Below, one piece after another: positions 41,570 through 60,534 of a DNA stretch of 64,000 nucleotides. The position numbers and the translations under genes were made by a program. The notes below the pieces were generated by a model. The model was not told where the DNA came from, did no database searches, and saw only the letters and a list, made by a program, of their open reading frames with translations. The DNA is from the human T2T-CHM13v2.0 reference genome, Homo sapiens. Within the stretch, counting starts at the first letter, position 1; each line of letters begins with the position of its first letter. The stretch lies in the NCBI RefSeq assembly GCF_009914755.1, contig NC_060933.1, one strand, 5' to 3'.

Positions 41570-42890
41570 CGGTCATAAATTTGATGTGGAAAAATAATTG
41601 CTTCAGTATAGTCAAGGAAGACAACTAGGAAATATAAAATAATGGGGAAAAGGTGTGGCTCTGAAATCAAATTAAAAATATTTGTATGATAATCAATAAA
41701 CATACTAGTGGAACTGAACAGATAATCTAGAAATAGATCCTAGTTTATGTGAGAATATATCATAAAATTAATAGTTCAGTTCGATGGGGGAAATCATGGA
41801 TTTTTGAATAACTAGTACCTGCACAATTGGCTATTAATATGGAAGAAAATTAAACTCTGTAACGTATACCTTCATACACACACTAACATCCAATTTTAGA
41901 AGATTAAATACCTAAATGTCAATACTTGTTGACTAAATAATGACAAATTGAAATAAAAACTCACACACAAAAAATCAGAATGACTACATGTATAACAGAG
42001 ATAGGGAAGGCTTTCCCAATCAAAATTTAAATCTAAAAACTCTAAGAGGGAAGATGAGCTTTTTATGATAAAAGATAATATATCATAAACAAATGATATA
42101 TTGGGAAAAATATATTTATAATGCTCATCAGGTAAAAGATAAGTATCTCAAATAAACAAAAAAACCTACACTTTTTAAAGAAAAGGACAACTCAAGAGAA
42201 AAATAGGAAAAGGATACAAATAAACAGTTCACAGATAAACACCTCCAAATTGCCAGCAAAACATATGAGAAAATGCTCAAAGTCAAGGACACGTAATACC
42301 TTGTCAAGGACAAGATATCCTTTTATATCTATCAGACTGAAAAAAATTGAAGAGAGCTATAATATTCATTGCTGGCAGCGATGTGGGGGGAAAAGGACAC
42401 TGTTTTACACTGATGATTTTTTAAAAAGGAACTTTGTTTTTTTTCTTTTTTTTTGGCAGAGCCTCATTCTGCCACCCAGGCTGGGGTACAGTGGCACATT
42501 CCCAGCTCTCTGCAACCTCCACCTACCAGGCTCAATCAATCCTCCCCTCTCAGCTTCTTGAGTAGCTAGGACTACAGGCATGTACCACCATGCCCGGCTA
42601 ATTTTTGTATTTTTTGTAGAGATGGGGTCTCCCTATGTTGCTCAGGCTGGTCTTGAACTTCTGGGCTTAAATGATCTACCTGCCTCAGCCTCCCAAAGTG
42701 CTGGGATCACATGAGTAAGCCACTGAGCCCGGCCATGACTTGCTAAAAAAATATTTGGAAAGCAATCTTGGAACTTCCACTAAAATTTAAATATACATGT
42801 CCTTTGACTCAATAGTTTTACTCTTGGCATTCTATCCCATAAAAATAAAATCACTAGTGTGATGGAATACATAAAAATGTTAATGGCAGC
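41570..42890 (+). mobile_element. Ancient L1M ORF2 3' remnant
   Basis: ctagaaatagatcc, acatatgagaaaatgctcaa, tatcagactgaaaaaaattga, ccctttgactcaatag motifs in L1 order. Confidence 0.65.
42445..42734 (-). mobile_element. AluJ
   Basis: Reverse Alu dimer. Confidence 0.9.
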
Positions 42891-42894
42891 ATTC

Positions 42895-43900
42895 ATTTAT
42901 TCAACACATTTTATTCAACGGCTATTTTATGCCTGACACTCTTTCAGGAGCTAGAGAACAACAAAAAGATTCTTGCTGGGTAAATCTTGTTGGGGGAGGT
43001 AGACATGAATAATCTTAATAAGTAAATAAATACACCCTAGTATATTAGAAACAGATAAGTGTTTAAAAACAAGCAAGAGCACAGTAAGGGGAATCAGCAG
43101 AGCTGAGATGATAGGGCAGGGGTGTGAGTTGCAATTTCAGATAGGTGGGTGTCCTACTCAGCTGGGGCTGCTATAACAAATTACCATAGACTAGATGGCT
43201 TAGACAACAAATGTTTATTTCTCAGAGTTCTGTATGCTGGGAAGTCCAAGGTCAAGGGGCCGGCCAATTCCGGTCCTGGTGAAGAAGGTCCACTTCCTGG
43301 TTTGCAGAAGGGTGTGGTAGTGTATATTGACAGGGTAGATAGAAGAAGCAAGCTCTCTCCTGTCTCTTCTTAGAAGGGTACTAAGCCCATCATAAGGGCT
43401 TCCCTCTCGTGACCTAATTACTTCCCAGAGATCCCACCTCCAAATACCATCACTTTGGGAATTAGGGTTTCAACACGTGAATTCTGGGGGGATACAAACA
43501 TTCAATTTATTGCAGGAGGCCTCCCTAAGGAGGGAGCTGAGCCGATGCTTGAAGAAGGCAAGGGATATCTGGGTAAAGAGCCTTTCAGACACAGGTACAA
43601 CTAGTGCAAGACACGAAGGCAAGAGCCTGCCTGGCATGTTCAAGGAACATGAACGAGACTGGCATAGTGTGGATGGAGCAGGTTGAACAAGAGGGAGAGC
43701 AGAATAAAGTCAGAGAGAAATGGGTTGCGGGGAGGGTAGGCAGGGGTGATATGTTATATGTGGGATCTGGGAAGCCACTGTAAAGACTTTGGCTTTTATT
43801 TGGGAGTAAAACAGAGAGTCACTACAGGGTTTTGAACAGAAGAGTAACACGATCTGATTCATGTTTTAAAGGATTAATCTGGCTGCTTTAGAAAATAAAC
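42895..43900 (-). mobile_element. L2 fragment split by MLT1
   Basis: ttcatttattcaacac; gccactgtaaagactttggcttttatt...gggttttgaacag...ttttaaaggattaatctggctgct. Confidence 0.72.
43150..43513 (-). mobile_element. MLT1A/B MaLR LTR
   Basis: gggctgctataacaaattaccatagact...gggaagtccaaggtcaagg...acaaacattca. Confidence 0.82.
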
Positions 43901-44237
43901 TGTTATTCAGAGAAGAAAGAGAGAGGAGAGAAATAAAATGAATGCCCACCAACAAGAAAATGGTTGAGTTATACCAGTTGGCTAAGAAAGATTTTAGAGA
44001 GGGATTATTGAATGAAAATGGCAAAATGGAAGGAAGCATATTAAAATCTACTTTGGAAAGATAAATAACCACCAAAGAGAGGAATATGGGAAAGGAGGAA
44101 AGCAAGCAAACAGAAAGACTATATTTTAAAAAAATGCAAACATGATATAATTATACACATCTTTATGTCAAATTATATGGGTGTGTATGTCTTTATGTGG
44201 CATACATAGCCTCTGGGGAGTGGATTCCCAAATCACC

Positions 44238-45291
44238 TATAACCACCCAATGGGTTCTTCCTGCGTGCTGCCCAGATAGGGCCGATTTATCAAGACAGAG
44301 GAATTGCAATAGACGAAGAGTTTAATATACATAGAGTCAGCTAAATGGAAGACTGGTGATTTACTGTCACTTGAATCAGCCTCCCCTTAAATTTGAAGGC
44401 TAGAGTTTTGTTATTTTTCTGTTTGTTTTTTGAGATACGGTCTCAGTGTATCACCCAGGCTGGAGCACAGTGACACGATCATGGTTCACTGCAGCCTCAA
44501 CCTCCCAGGCCCAAGTGATCCTCCTGCCTCAGTTTCCTGAGTAGCTGGGACCACAGGCATGTGCCAGGATGCTTGGCCAATTTTTAATTTTTTTTTGTAG
44601 AGATGCGGTCTCCAAGTGTTTCCCAGGCTGGTCTTGAACTCTTGAGCTTAAGGAATCTTCCCACCTTAGCCTCCCCAAATGCTGGGATTACAGATGTGAA
44701 CCACCATGCCTAGCTAGAGGCTCGAGTTTTTTAAAGATAGTTTTGTGGGCTAGGGAAGGGGTGGTGCTGATTGGTTGGGGATATCATAGGGGTGTGAAAA
44801 ATGGTCCTCCTGTGCTGAGTCCACTTCTGGGTGGGGCCCACAGGACCTCTGAGTCATGAGTCTTGGGTCTGGGTGGAGCCATCCGATCATCAGAAATACA
44901 AAAGCCTGAAAAGACATCTCAAAAGGTTAATCTTCGCTTCTATAATAATGATGTTATTTACAGAAGTAATTGGGGAAATTGCAAATATTGGGACCTCCAG
45001 AATAATGACTGGTAATCATTTAACTATGCCTACATCTTAGCAGAATTCAGGCCCCTGTCATCCTCCCCATCTGGTGGGGTTAAATTCATTAATTTAACAA
45101 AGGACATTTAGTTTTTGAAAGGGCTATTATCATTTAAACTATGAAATAAATTTCTCCCAATGTTAGCTTGGCCCATGCCCATCAATGACTAAGGGCAGTT
45201 TGGAAGTTAAGGCAAGATAAAGTTGGTTAGGTCAGATCTCTTTCACTGTTATAATTTTCTCACTGTTATAATTTTTGCAAAGGTGGTTTCA
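44238..45291 (-). mobile_element. LTR8A-like ERV1 solo LTR containing an AluJ
   Basis: gcccagatagggccgatttatcaagacagagg...tttgcaaaggtggtttca. Confidence 0.85.
44408..44715 (-). mobile_element. AluJ within LTR8A
   Basis: Reverse dimer; TSD aggctagagtttt/aggctcgagtttt. Confidence 0.9.
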
Positions 45292-45502
45292 CTTCTAAAT
45301 TACAGGAGAAACCAGGATGTAGTGAATAAGGTCTGATCTTGTTAACGAATTTATGGTCAATGAGTTCAGACACACTGAAGTACTCCTGGCTGCGGGGGGT
45401 GGAGGGAGGGTAAAATATACACCCCACCCCCCCCCATAAATTTTGGATAATCTTTTGTCTTCTTATTATTCACATAATGATATTCACATGTAATCAGTGA
45501 CT

Positions 45503-45805
45503 TATTTTATTTTTATTTTTAGTTTTTGAGACAGAGTCTCCCTCTGTTGCCCAGGTTGGAGTGCAGTGGCATGATCTTGGCTCACTGCAACCTCTGCCTC
45601 TGGGGTTCAAGCCATTCTCGTGATCAGCCTTCCGAGTGGCTAAATTTTGTATTTTTAGTGAAGACACTAAATACTACCGTATTTTAGTGAAGACAGGGTT
45701 TCACCATGTTGTGCAGGCTCCACTCAAACTCCTGGCTTCAAGTAATCTGCCTGCCTTGGCCTCTCAAAGTGTTGGGATTACAGGCATGAGCCACCACGCC
45801 TGGCC
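45503..45805 (-). mobile_element. Alu with internal deletion and duplication
   Basis: Reverse Alu; linker region rearranged at 45631-45695. Confidence 0.9.
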
Positions 45806-46899
45806 TCATCAATGACTTTTAAATTACTCTGTTTTAACTTGAAAATCTCCTGTAAAACCGTATTTCTGACAGTATCTCCAACTGGGGAGAAATTATGGCA
45901 TAGGCCAGGCCCAAATCTGGCACCTCTCCCTTATTTGAGACTTTATGAGTAACCAGTGGATTCTAAACAAACCTTCTAGACAACCCACTGATAAGAGCAG
46001 CAATTCAGTTTATCAGCTGTAAATTACCAACATGAAAACAAGCCAATATTTTTATCTCTCCACCTCCTCCTTCTTATCTCCCCCAGGGACAAAAATGGAG
46101 AGAAAGGTTTGTTTAAAAGTGATAGCAAAGCAGTTAATTGCAGTGCTTATCAGCCAGCGCGGTTTCATTAAGGCTTGCTTAAGAAAAAAAATCTCACTAG
46201 TCCTAAAAGCTCCTTTGCTGTGTTTAGCTGAGTACCTTTACGAGTACAGACATCAGCTAAATATCAAATGAAGATTAATGAGTTCAGCAAATTGATTAGC
46301 CTTTTTTCTCCTTCTATTCTGATGTTGAATCTATATATCTTGCTCAATTTCACATCCCACATTTCACAAGAAGCCTTGGTAATGTTACTAACAGTATCTC
46401 ACCTGTATGTAATGACTAGTGCACAAACACTTTTATGTACATCATCTAATTTCATTGTGAACATAGCTCTGAGATACAGGCAGTCAAGGCATTATTATTT
46501 CTGCTTATCAGAGGACAAAAGCAGAGCCCAGAGGGTTAAAGTGGCTTGTTCTAGGTCACAGAGTTAGCAAGCAGCCAAGGTGACACTAGAATGTCAGAAT
46601 AATGACTCCTCTTTGAATGAGATAGCCATGATGTCATCCTGCTGCATGGTTTGGCAACTCAGGGATGTAGTTGCATCTTATTTTCTTAGTTTTCCCCCAG
46701 GGACAGCTGAAATAAGGAAGATTTTGGAAGTGAAGAGCCAGCTGCATTGATGATACCCAAGAATAGGATTTTGACTATCAGGGCTGTGGCATCCTAGGCC
46801 AGGGATATGGATAAAACATCAGGGGACAAGAAGAATGCCTTTGCCTGCTCATGATTTATAACCTGAGAAAGAGTTCCTTACACTGAAACATAAAAGCAA

Positions 46900-48012
46900 G
46901 AAAGAAGAATGACTAGAGAAAATGACAGTAATTCCCACTAGGAATTCACTGAGAATGGATTCAACTACAGCACTTTTGATCTCAGAAGTCTATATAGTTC
47001 TGCACAAAGAGTAGGAATGAACATACTAAACATGAAATTTTCATCCAAGTAGGGAACTACAGTCTCATAGGTATCAAGGAGATGTGGTGGGTTGAGGATC
47101 TCACCTAATATGACCAAAAGAAAAGTTGAATCATACAAGAGAAATATTTAGCAGAAGGGAAAAGGGAGTCATGTGGAATGTTAAGAGGGTGTGACGTTAC
47201 CTGGAAATCCATAGACTGAAACAGACTCACAAGAAAGAGTATTTGGGGGAAGAAAAAAGAGAGAGAAACAGGAATTCGACCTGTGGGGATATGCTTCTTA
47301 TAAAAAATCCTACAGCGAACATTATTAAGAGAGGCACAAATCTCAAGACTGAACAACAGACCACAAAAGAACCCAAGTTTCTTTAAATAAGCAGACTTCT
47401 AGACCCATACTTGCAGATCTGTTGGAGGAAAAACAGATGTTGGCAAAATTATGAAAAATAAAAAAAAGTAACACAAAATTCCAACTTCAATTACTTTTTT
47501 CTCCCATGGCATATACGTAAAATAATCTGTGAAAGAGAAGACTGGACACAAGCCATGTTAAGGTTTCCAGGGAGGGGTGCAAGACGGATTCCAAAAACAA
47601 CAAACCATTGCTATGCAATAAAAATTCCAGCATCAGGTATTGAGCAGATGGTTTTCCATTTAGAATGGAAAGCAGTGATCGTCAGAAGCCACCATGGGGT
47701 CTGAAGTGCAAGCATGACAAAGTAACCTAATTTCTCCTGACATGGTAGCAGGATTGACAGAGCAGAAGGATGCAGATAACTTGCATTAGCAACATTTCTG
47801 ACATTCTTTCTCGACATTGGACAAAGTAACCAAATGGGCTGGATACTAGCATAAAGAGTTAAACTTGTAGCTTTTTGGACTTGCCCAAAGAGTATTGATT
47901 GATGCATCCATGTCAGCTTGACAACAAAGGAGACTTTAATTGGTGCTATTGGCCTTGGTCCTGGGCATGGTCTTGATTAAAAATTTTATTAAAAACTTGA
48001 GCAAAAATACAG
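46900..48012 (+). mobile_element. L3/CR1 LINE ORF2 (RT region) fossil
   Basis: Degenerate CR1 motifs in order: agcccaccatggg (SQHG), aacctaattt (NLI), gggctggat (GLD), caaagagtattgattgatg (QRVLI), gtcctggg...attttattaaaaacttg (VLG..FINDL). Left boundary uncertain. Confidence 0.6.
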
Positions 48013-48044
48013 ACACAGTGGTGTGCTGCAGCTGGCTTGTGAAA

Positions 48045-48171
48045 GCCTTCTACCATGATTGTGAGGCTTCCCCAGCCACGTGCAATTGTAAGTTTAATTA
48101 AACCTCTTTCTTTCGTAAATGGCCCAGTCTTGAGTAGGTCTTTATCAGCAGCATGAAAATGAACGAATACA
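48045..48171 (+). mobile_element. 3' third of a THE1 LTR
   Basis: gccttctaccatgattgtgaggcttccccagccacg...tttatcagcagcatgaaaatgaacgaataca. Confidence 0.88.
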
Positions 48172-53545
<5,374 letters not shown>

Positions 53546-54172
53546 AAGCAGGGAGTATTCCTGTGAAATCTCTATCAAATACTAAAGCATAGGCAATTCT
53601 AATTTAAAAACGAAAGAATCATAAGTGCAAAAAATAAAAGGAAATTAAAGGCTAAAATTCAGACTGATTCAACTGATGTGAGGGAAGCACTTGTTAATCC
53701 CCCGGCTCCTCCTACTTTCCATTGCCTGATTATTCTGAATACACTAACTCTTTTGTGCCTTTTCCCTTTCCCCTTGAACTCTCTAGCAACAGATGTCCTT
53801 TAACACGGGGATCTTCTAATAAACCTCAGGTACCAGCCACAGCACAATGTAAGCCTTGATCTCAAGCCAAACTCTGAGCCATTTTCAAGGATTTTCCAGA
53901 CCCTAAAAAAGTCCAAACTAAATTTACAGAAGAATTTAAAATTATTCTTTGTGCTTATGATTCAGGACTCATTGATTTATATCAATTTGTCAATACGATA
54001 GTCCTGGATGTGCTCAAAAATGGCCTCAAAAATAGATTAGAAGTATCTGACTAAAGATTCTGAAGATCCTACCAAGCATCCCTCTAAGGATGGAATAAAG
54101 AGAGCTAGTAAAATAGGACAAATACTTCTTGAGACCACATCTGAGGTTTTTCCTATAAGAATAGACTGGGCA

Positions 54173-54570
<398 letters not shown>

Positions 54571-55019
54571 TTAAGCTGCACTCTGGCTTTAATGGCTGAG
54601 ATGATGAATTAGTCTTGTAATCCCATTTTGTTAATAGATTGCATACAGAGATAAGTGATTTATTGAAGAATCATACACTAGAATAGGAAGTTACTCCTTT
54701 GGTGGAGTTACAACATTTAGCCGAACATCTTCAGGGAACATCGGAACAGGAAAGAAACCACGGGGTTATGCAAATTAATGACCTTGCAATTACAATTGCA
54801 GGAGTCCTGCCCTAACTTTAAAAGACTTTTATAACTCTTTTGATAAAGACACTTACGGTTATCACAAACAGAAAGTAATTTGGAAAAAGTATTTAAACAG
54901 CAGTATGGACCATGTGACATAGCACAAAAGGGAGACCCTCAACCTCCCACCTCTGGTGATAATTGTCCATGTTGATAGAGCTCCAAGGAATCTCCATGTA
55001 AGCAACTTTCAATAATTCC

Positions 55020-58000
55020 TTTAAATCAACAAGGAGAAACTAACTTAAAATAAATAGAGAAACGTGTACTGTGTTGGCAGTTACTAGAGTAATTCTTTAT
55101 TCTTAATCCCACTATGATACATCAAGAACATCCTTGGAATAATAAAAATATCTTAGTAATGGGAGTTTCCTATCAAATACAAAGAGTTTCTCTGTTGGAA
55201 CCCATAACTGTCACCCTTGGCCTTACCTCTGAAAGTCCTGCTTTTTCTGTTACTGTCCCTGTGAATCTCCTAGATAGAGACCTGCTTTCTGTACTAAAAG
55301 GTCAAATAAAATTTCCTCTGAAGAAATAACCATAGAAATTCCAGATTCATCAGACACTGAAGCATTATGTTCTCCAAGCCCAAACTGATTGCCCTGAGGA
55401 GACTATTAAATTCCATAGAAATATAGATATTACAGATCTTGCTGAAATACTTGACGCTCTATGGGCCTCTTCTTCAAAAGATGTGAAAAAAGTTAAAAAA
55501 AATCCTGAACCTTTTACAATTCAAATTGATGCTTCAAAACTATCTCCTAAATTGTCTCAGTACTGTTTAAAACCTGAAGTCATACAAGGGCTCACTCTTA
55601 GAAGATTCAATGAATCAAAGACTTATTTCTTGTTTTTGTTAAATACTCCTATCAATGGAGGCTAAAGCAACTCCATCTTGAATGGGAGACTAAGCAACTC
55701 CATCTTCCATGCTAATCCACCATGTTGACTTCTCATTAACCCCAGTTCCAGGAAGGGCTCCAAGATTTCCAGTTTATCTATTGTTTCTTGTATAAAAGTG
55801 GATACTTACTGTAACTCCTGCCCTTAGGTCAAATAACTTTGATGTTACTGCACTTCAATTGTCTTACAACATTCCTTCGGAATCACCTCTCCACTACAGT
55901 ATATAAACCCTGAGTCTAGCAGGTAATGGCATGGGGATCCACCATCTTGTCTTGCTGCCACCTGAGACACAGACATTAATTTGTTTGTAAGTCCCTATTA
56001 AATGTTTCTTTCTGAAAAACCAGATATGTCAGTCTCTTTCTTTGGTCTCTCACCTTCCTTGAATTTTAGGGGTAAGTTTGCATAAACCTACCCACTGCGA
56101 AACACTGTCCTACCTATAAGGACCCATGAAGAAGAATAGAGATCTATACAAGATCTTAGAGCTATAAATAAAATTATTCCAAGATTTCCTTTAGTGCCTA
56201 GCCTAACCACCCTATTGAGAAATGCCTCAACTGAATCCAAATGGTTCATAGTAGTGAATTTATGCCCTGCTTTCTTTAGCATTCCTGTAGACAAAGGGAG
56301 CCAATAATTATTTGCCTTTACTTAGAAAATTTAGCAATATACTTAGACAGGAATGCCTCAGAGATGTACTAAGGCTCCCTCATACTCTTCTCAGGTTTTA
56401 CATCAGGATTTTAAAACCTTACTATTTCCCAGAAATTCTACCATGATTCAATATGTAGATGATTTGCTTTTTTGCTTTGTATCCAAAGAGGCCTCAGAAA
56501 TTGATTTGATATATTACTGTAACGATTGGCTTGCAAGACCATAATGCTTCCTGAATAAATTTTATTTCTCATAAGATTTAATGCACTATTGCTTGTGGGA
56601 ATTGATATTTATCCACAAAAGGATGTTTTATGTCTCTAGAAATAATAAATATTATCCCAAATTATCCTAAACCAGTGACTAAAAGACAATTCAGAGGATT
56701 CTTCAGACTTGCAGGAAATTGCAGGTCCTGGATGACTAACCGGTTTTATGAGATTATGCTTCTTTCTCCCTCAGACCAACATATTCTTCACTGTAACTCG
56801 CTGAACCCTGTTAACCCTCTTACTTTGCCTAATGAAGGAGAGGCTCACAATTGAGTCAAAGTGGTTTCCCAAAATTTGACTCTTAGCCTAGATTTACAAG
56901 AAACACCACTGACTAATCAGAATTGGTACTCAATGTTGATGGCTCCTGTACCAAAAATTCTAAAAGAAAATACCAAGCTGAGTATGCCATCACAACTCAG
57001 TATGAATTATTAGAAAGAAAAGTGCTCCCTCAGCTTAATTCAGCTGAACCTGCAGAATTATTTGCCCTCACTTGAGCCTGTGAATTAGCCAAAGATAAGA
57101 CTGTAAATACCTATGCTGATAGCAATACGCTTTTAGCATCATCCATAATTTTGGTATGTTATGAAAACCCGAGAGGTTTATGATACCAAATAGCATGCCT
57201 ATGAAAAGTGAACCTCAAGTTGCCAATCTTTCTGCATTACTGCTACCTTCACAAGTTGCTATAATAAGAGCTGAATCTCATATCTACAAATCTGACTCTG
57301 AGTATCAAGGAAATACTGTGGCCAATGTTCATGCTAAAGCTGCAACTACAGAGACACCTAACGTACTAAGGCTCTGTAACTTGAATGAGCTCCCTAAGGT
57401 TGATCCAAATCAAATAATTTATGATGATTTGTTAATAAACAATGGTATGCTCCTGAAATGAAACAAGACTGGCATAACAGATGCAAATACAATTAAAAAA
57501 ACAAAAACAAAAAAACAGGAAAAAAAAGGGACTCATGGAGGACCTATATGGATGCTTGGTACTTCCAGAGTCTTTAAAACTTCCTTTGCTGAAAGCCTTG
57601 CATTCAGCAAATCATAATGATATTAATAAGATGACACAAATTATGGAAGAAAATTGATGGAGAGATTGCTCCAAGGTGGCTAGATGGGGATATAATCAAT
57701 GTCTGACTTGTCAAACTCATAATCCTGGAAAGACCATTCAAGTGGCCCCAGGAACAACTCCCCAGCCATCAGAACCATTTGAACATTTGCAGATGTTTCA
57801 TTCAATTACCCATTTTTATGGGTTATCAATATGTGTGTATAACAATCTGTATGGTTTTTGGATGTATGGAAGATTTTCCCTGTTAAAAGGCTGAGGCAAT
57901 TACTATTGTCAAAAAATTATAAGAAAATGTTTTTCCACTTTGGGGAATTGCAAATAAAATTTCTAGTAATAGAGAGACTCACTTTACTGTATCAACTGTA

Positions 58001-58640
58001 AAACAACTAAACAAGATTATTCAAACATTACGGTATTATTATTATCCCCAGTATCCCCAGTCTTCAGCAAAGGTTGAATGAACCAATGGCATTCTAAAAT
58101 TAGAACCAGCAAAACACTAACTGAAACCACAGGATTACACTGGCCTAAGGTGTTGCCTTTAGCTCTTATGATCCACACCTTTTAGAAAACATAAATTGAC
58201 TCCTTATGAAATTGTTACTTGATTATCCATGCTTTTAATGACAGAACCCCATGTTCATCCAGTACTTATAAACTCTGACACAATCAATATTATAAAGCAT
58301 TAATTCAATATTCCAAAGTATATTTACAACAGATAAAATAAGTCTTCAGAGACTCACTGTCTAATGATGACTTCACGCCCAACACATTGGAACTTGATGA
58401 CTGGATGTTCTGAAAAAGACATCAATGAAAAACTGCACTTGAGCCTCACTGAAAAAAAAAAAAAAATCCTATCACATTCTTGTATGTCTCATACAGTAGT
58501 TAAATTAGAGGGCATCAAAACTTGGGTCCATATCTCTCAACCGAAAAGAGCTTCCTCAGACTACTGGACATGTCAAGCCACAGTTGACTTAAAATTAAGT
58601 ATATTGAAGGAAAAGTTTTCCCCAGAAACAGATGACAAAA
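55020..58640 (+). pseudogene. ERV pro-pol pseudogene
   Basis: Motifs listed above spread across frames, with stops, frameshifts and an LTR insertion. Confidence 0.88.
55654..56104 (+). mobile_element. LTR47-like ERVL solo LTR inserted in RT
   Basis: ggaggctaaagcaactccatcttg...cccactgcgaaaca; 5-bp TSD ctatc/ctgtc; removal restores NTPILPI. Confidence 0.8.
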
Positions 58641-58919
58641 AGAGGTGGACAGCTTCTGCCCAAGAACACGGAACAGTGCCCCCTTGTATTCCCTTTATCT
58701 TTCCAGAATTTGCTCTTAACTTCCAAAATAATCATAGTAAGATGACTGTGATCCTACTACTTTGCAAACTAATACACAATGTTTAAACTCACACTTTTAT
58801 TTCTGTTACGAACATACACCACACAAGCTGAACATGTACTAAGGTCTACTCTCCAACACATAGCCTCCCTCACTAACCCAAATAATTGACGGTTTTGTAG
58901 CCATCTAAATGCTTGGGAA

Positions 58920-59238
58920 GGCTGGATGCAGTGGTTCATGCCTGTAATCCCAACACTTTAGGAAGCCAAGGCAGGAGGATCATTTGAGCCCAGGAGTTCA
59001 GGACTAGCCTGGACAATACAGCAAGACTCTGTCTCCACAATTTTTTTTTTTTTTTAAATAGCCAGAAATGGTTGCAGGCACCTGTAGTCCGCGAGGCTGA
59101 GGCAAGAGGATCACTTGAGCCTAGAAGTTGGAGGTTGCAGTGAGCTATGATCCCACCACAGCATTCCAGCTTGGGCAACAGAGCTAGACCCTGTCTCTGT
59201 TAAAACAAACAAACAAACAAACAAACAAACAAACAAAC
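58920..59238 (+). mobile_element. AluJ with (CAAA)n tail in env
   Basis: TSD aaatgcttgggaa/aaacacttgggaa. Confidence 0.9.
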
Positions 59239-60306
59239 ACTTGGGAAGAATTGCAATTAATGCTAGAACCAGCTCCTATATATGATTTGTTGACCCATTC
59301 AGGAAAATGACTTTACAAAAAGGTTTAACATAAGTCATCTGACTAATACTCATGGCCAGCTGGTTTGGCATTGGGAAGAAGCACTGGAAGCCACGGGATA
59401 GCTTCTAGTTACTCTAAGTTTTATTACTGGTGACTTATCTGTATGCATAGAAAGCCTTAATGGTACTAGATCTAACTTAGGTAAGGTCCCAGATTCACTC
59501 TGTAATTAAATCCTTTGGTTTGATTCAGATGATGGAGACTGGACTTCTATACATAACAACATAACATCATTAAAAATTGACAATGTTACATCATTAAGGA
59601 ACCTACTGAAACCCATACATTGGCTCAATGGAAACTGTAGGTAAATGGAATGCCTCAAACGTACCACTATGTAAGGTAGATAACAGTTTTGGATGCTGGA
59701 TAGATCAATATACAGGACATACCAAGAAAGGGAGTTAATCATATTTAATTTATGACTGAATGCATAGATTATTTATCCAATTCAAAGAAGTGTTTTTTGC
59801 TCCTATCCTGGTTTAAACCACAATCATTCAAACTGACAATGTGCACACGCCAACATGCCAAAAAATAATCACGACATTCATCTCACTCCTGATTTGTGGG
59901 TAGTGGGATCTGTCTTAATACTTTATCTCAGTAATACTGGGTTTTTTATTCTGTGTGGTAATAACACCTATAAATGTTTTCCACTCGAATGATCTGGACA
60001 CTGTGATTTGGGTTCTCACCCCAATTAACTAAATACGACTTCTAAATGATAGTCAAATTCTTAACAGGATCATTTGTACACAGAACCCTCCCGCCCCCAT
60101 AAGTTTCTCATTAGCCTCAAAACCTCATTATATGAAGAAGTTCTGGATCTTATTCTCTTACTAGAGAATTCTGCCCTCAAATGGGAGTGTTTGAATTACA
60201 AAAATCACTTATCAATGTTTCTGCAACTCTTGCAAAATAATTTAATGGTATCTTAAATTCTCTTCAACTGATAAAATCTAAAATGAGCAGTTTAGCCTCA
60301 GTAGTG

Positions 60307-60534
60307 CAGATGCTCCCCAACCTATAATGCGGCTACATCTGGATAAGGCCATCATAAGTAAAAAAAAAAATCTTAAGTTGACAGCACATTCTAGACTTGT
60401 AGTTTTAATTTACCACGGGCTTATTGGGACATAATCCTATCTTAAGTCAAGGAGCCTAGTGAAACATATCTCTTTTGCACCATCATTAAGTGGAAAAATC
60501 ATGAGTCCAACCATCATAAGTTGAGGACCTTCTG
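60307..60534. mobile_element. MER6-like Tigger MITE in env
   Basis: TIRs CAGATGCTCCCCAACCTATAATG / CATCATAAGTTGAGGACCTTCTG; TA TSD (left copy mutated to TG). Confidence 0.82.
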
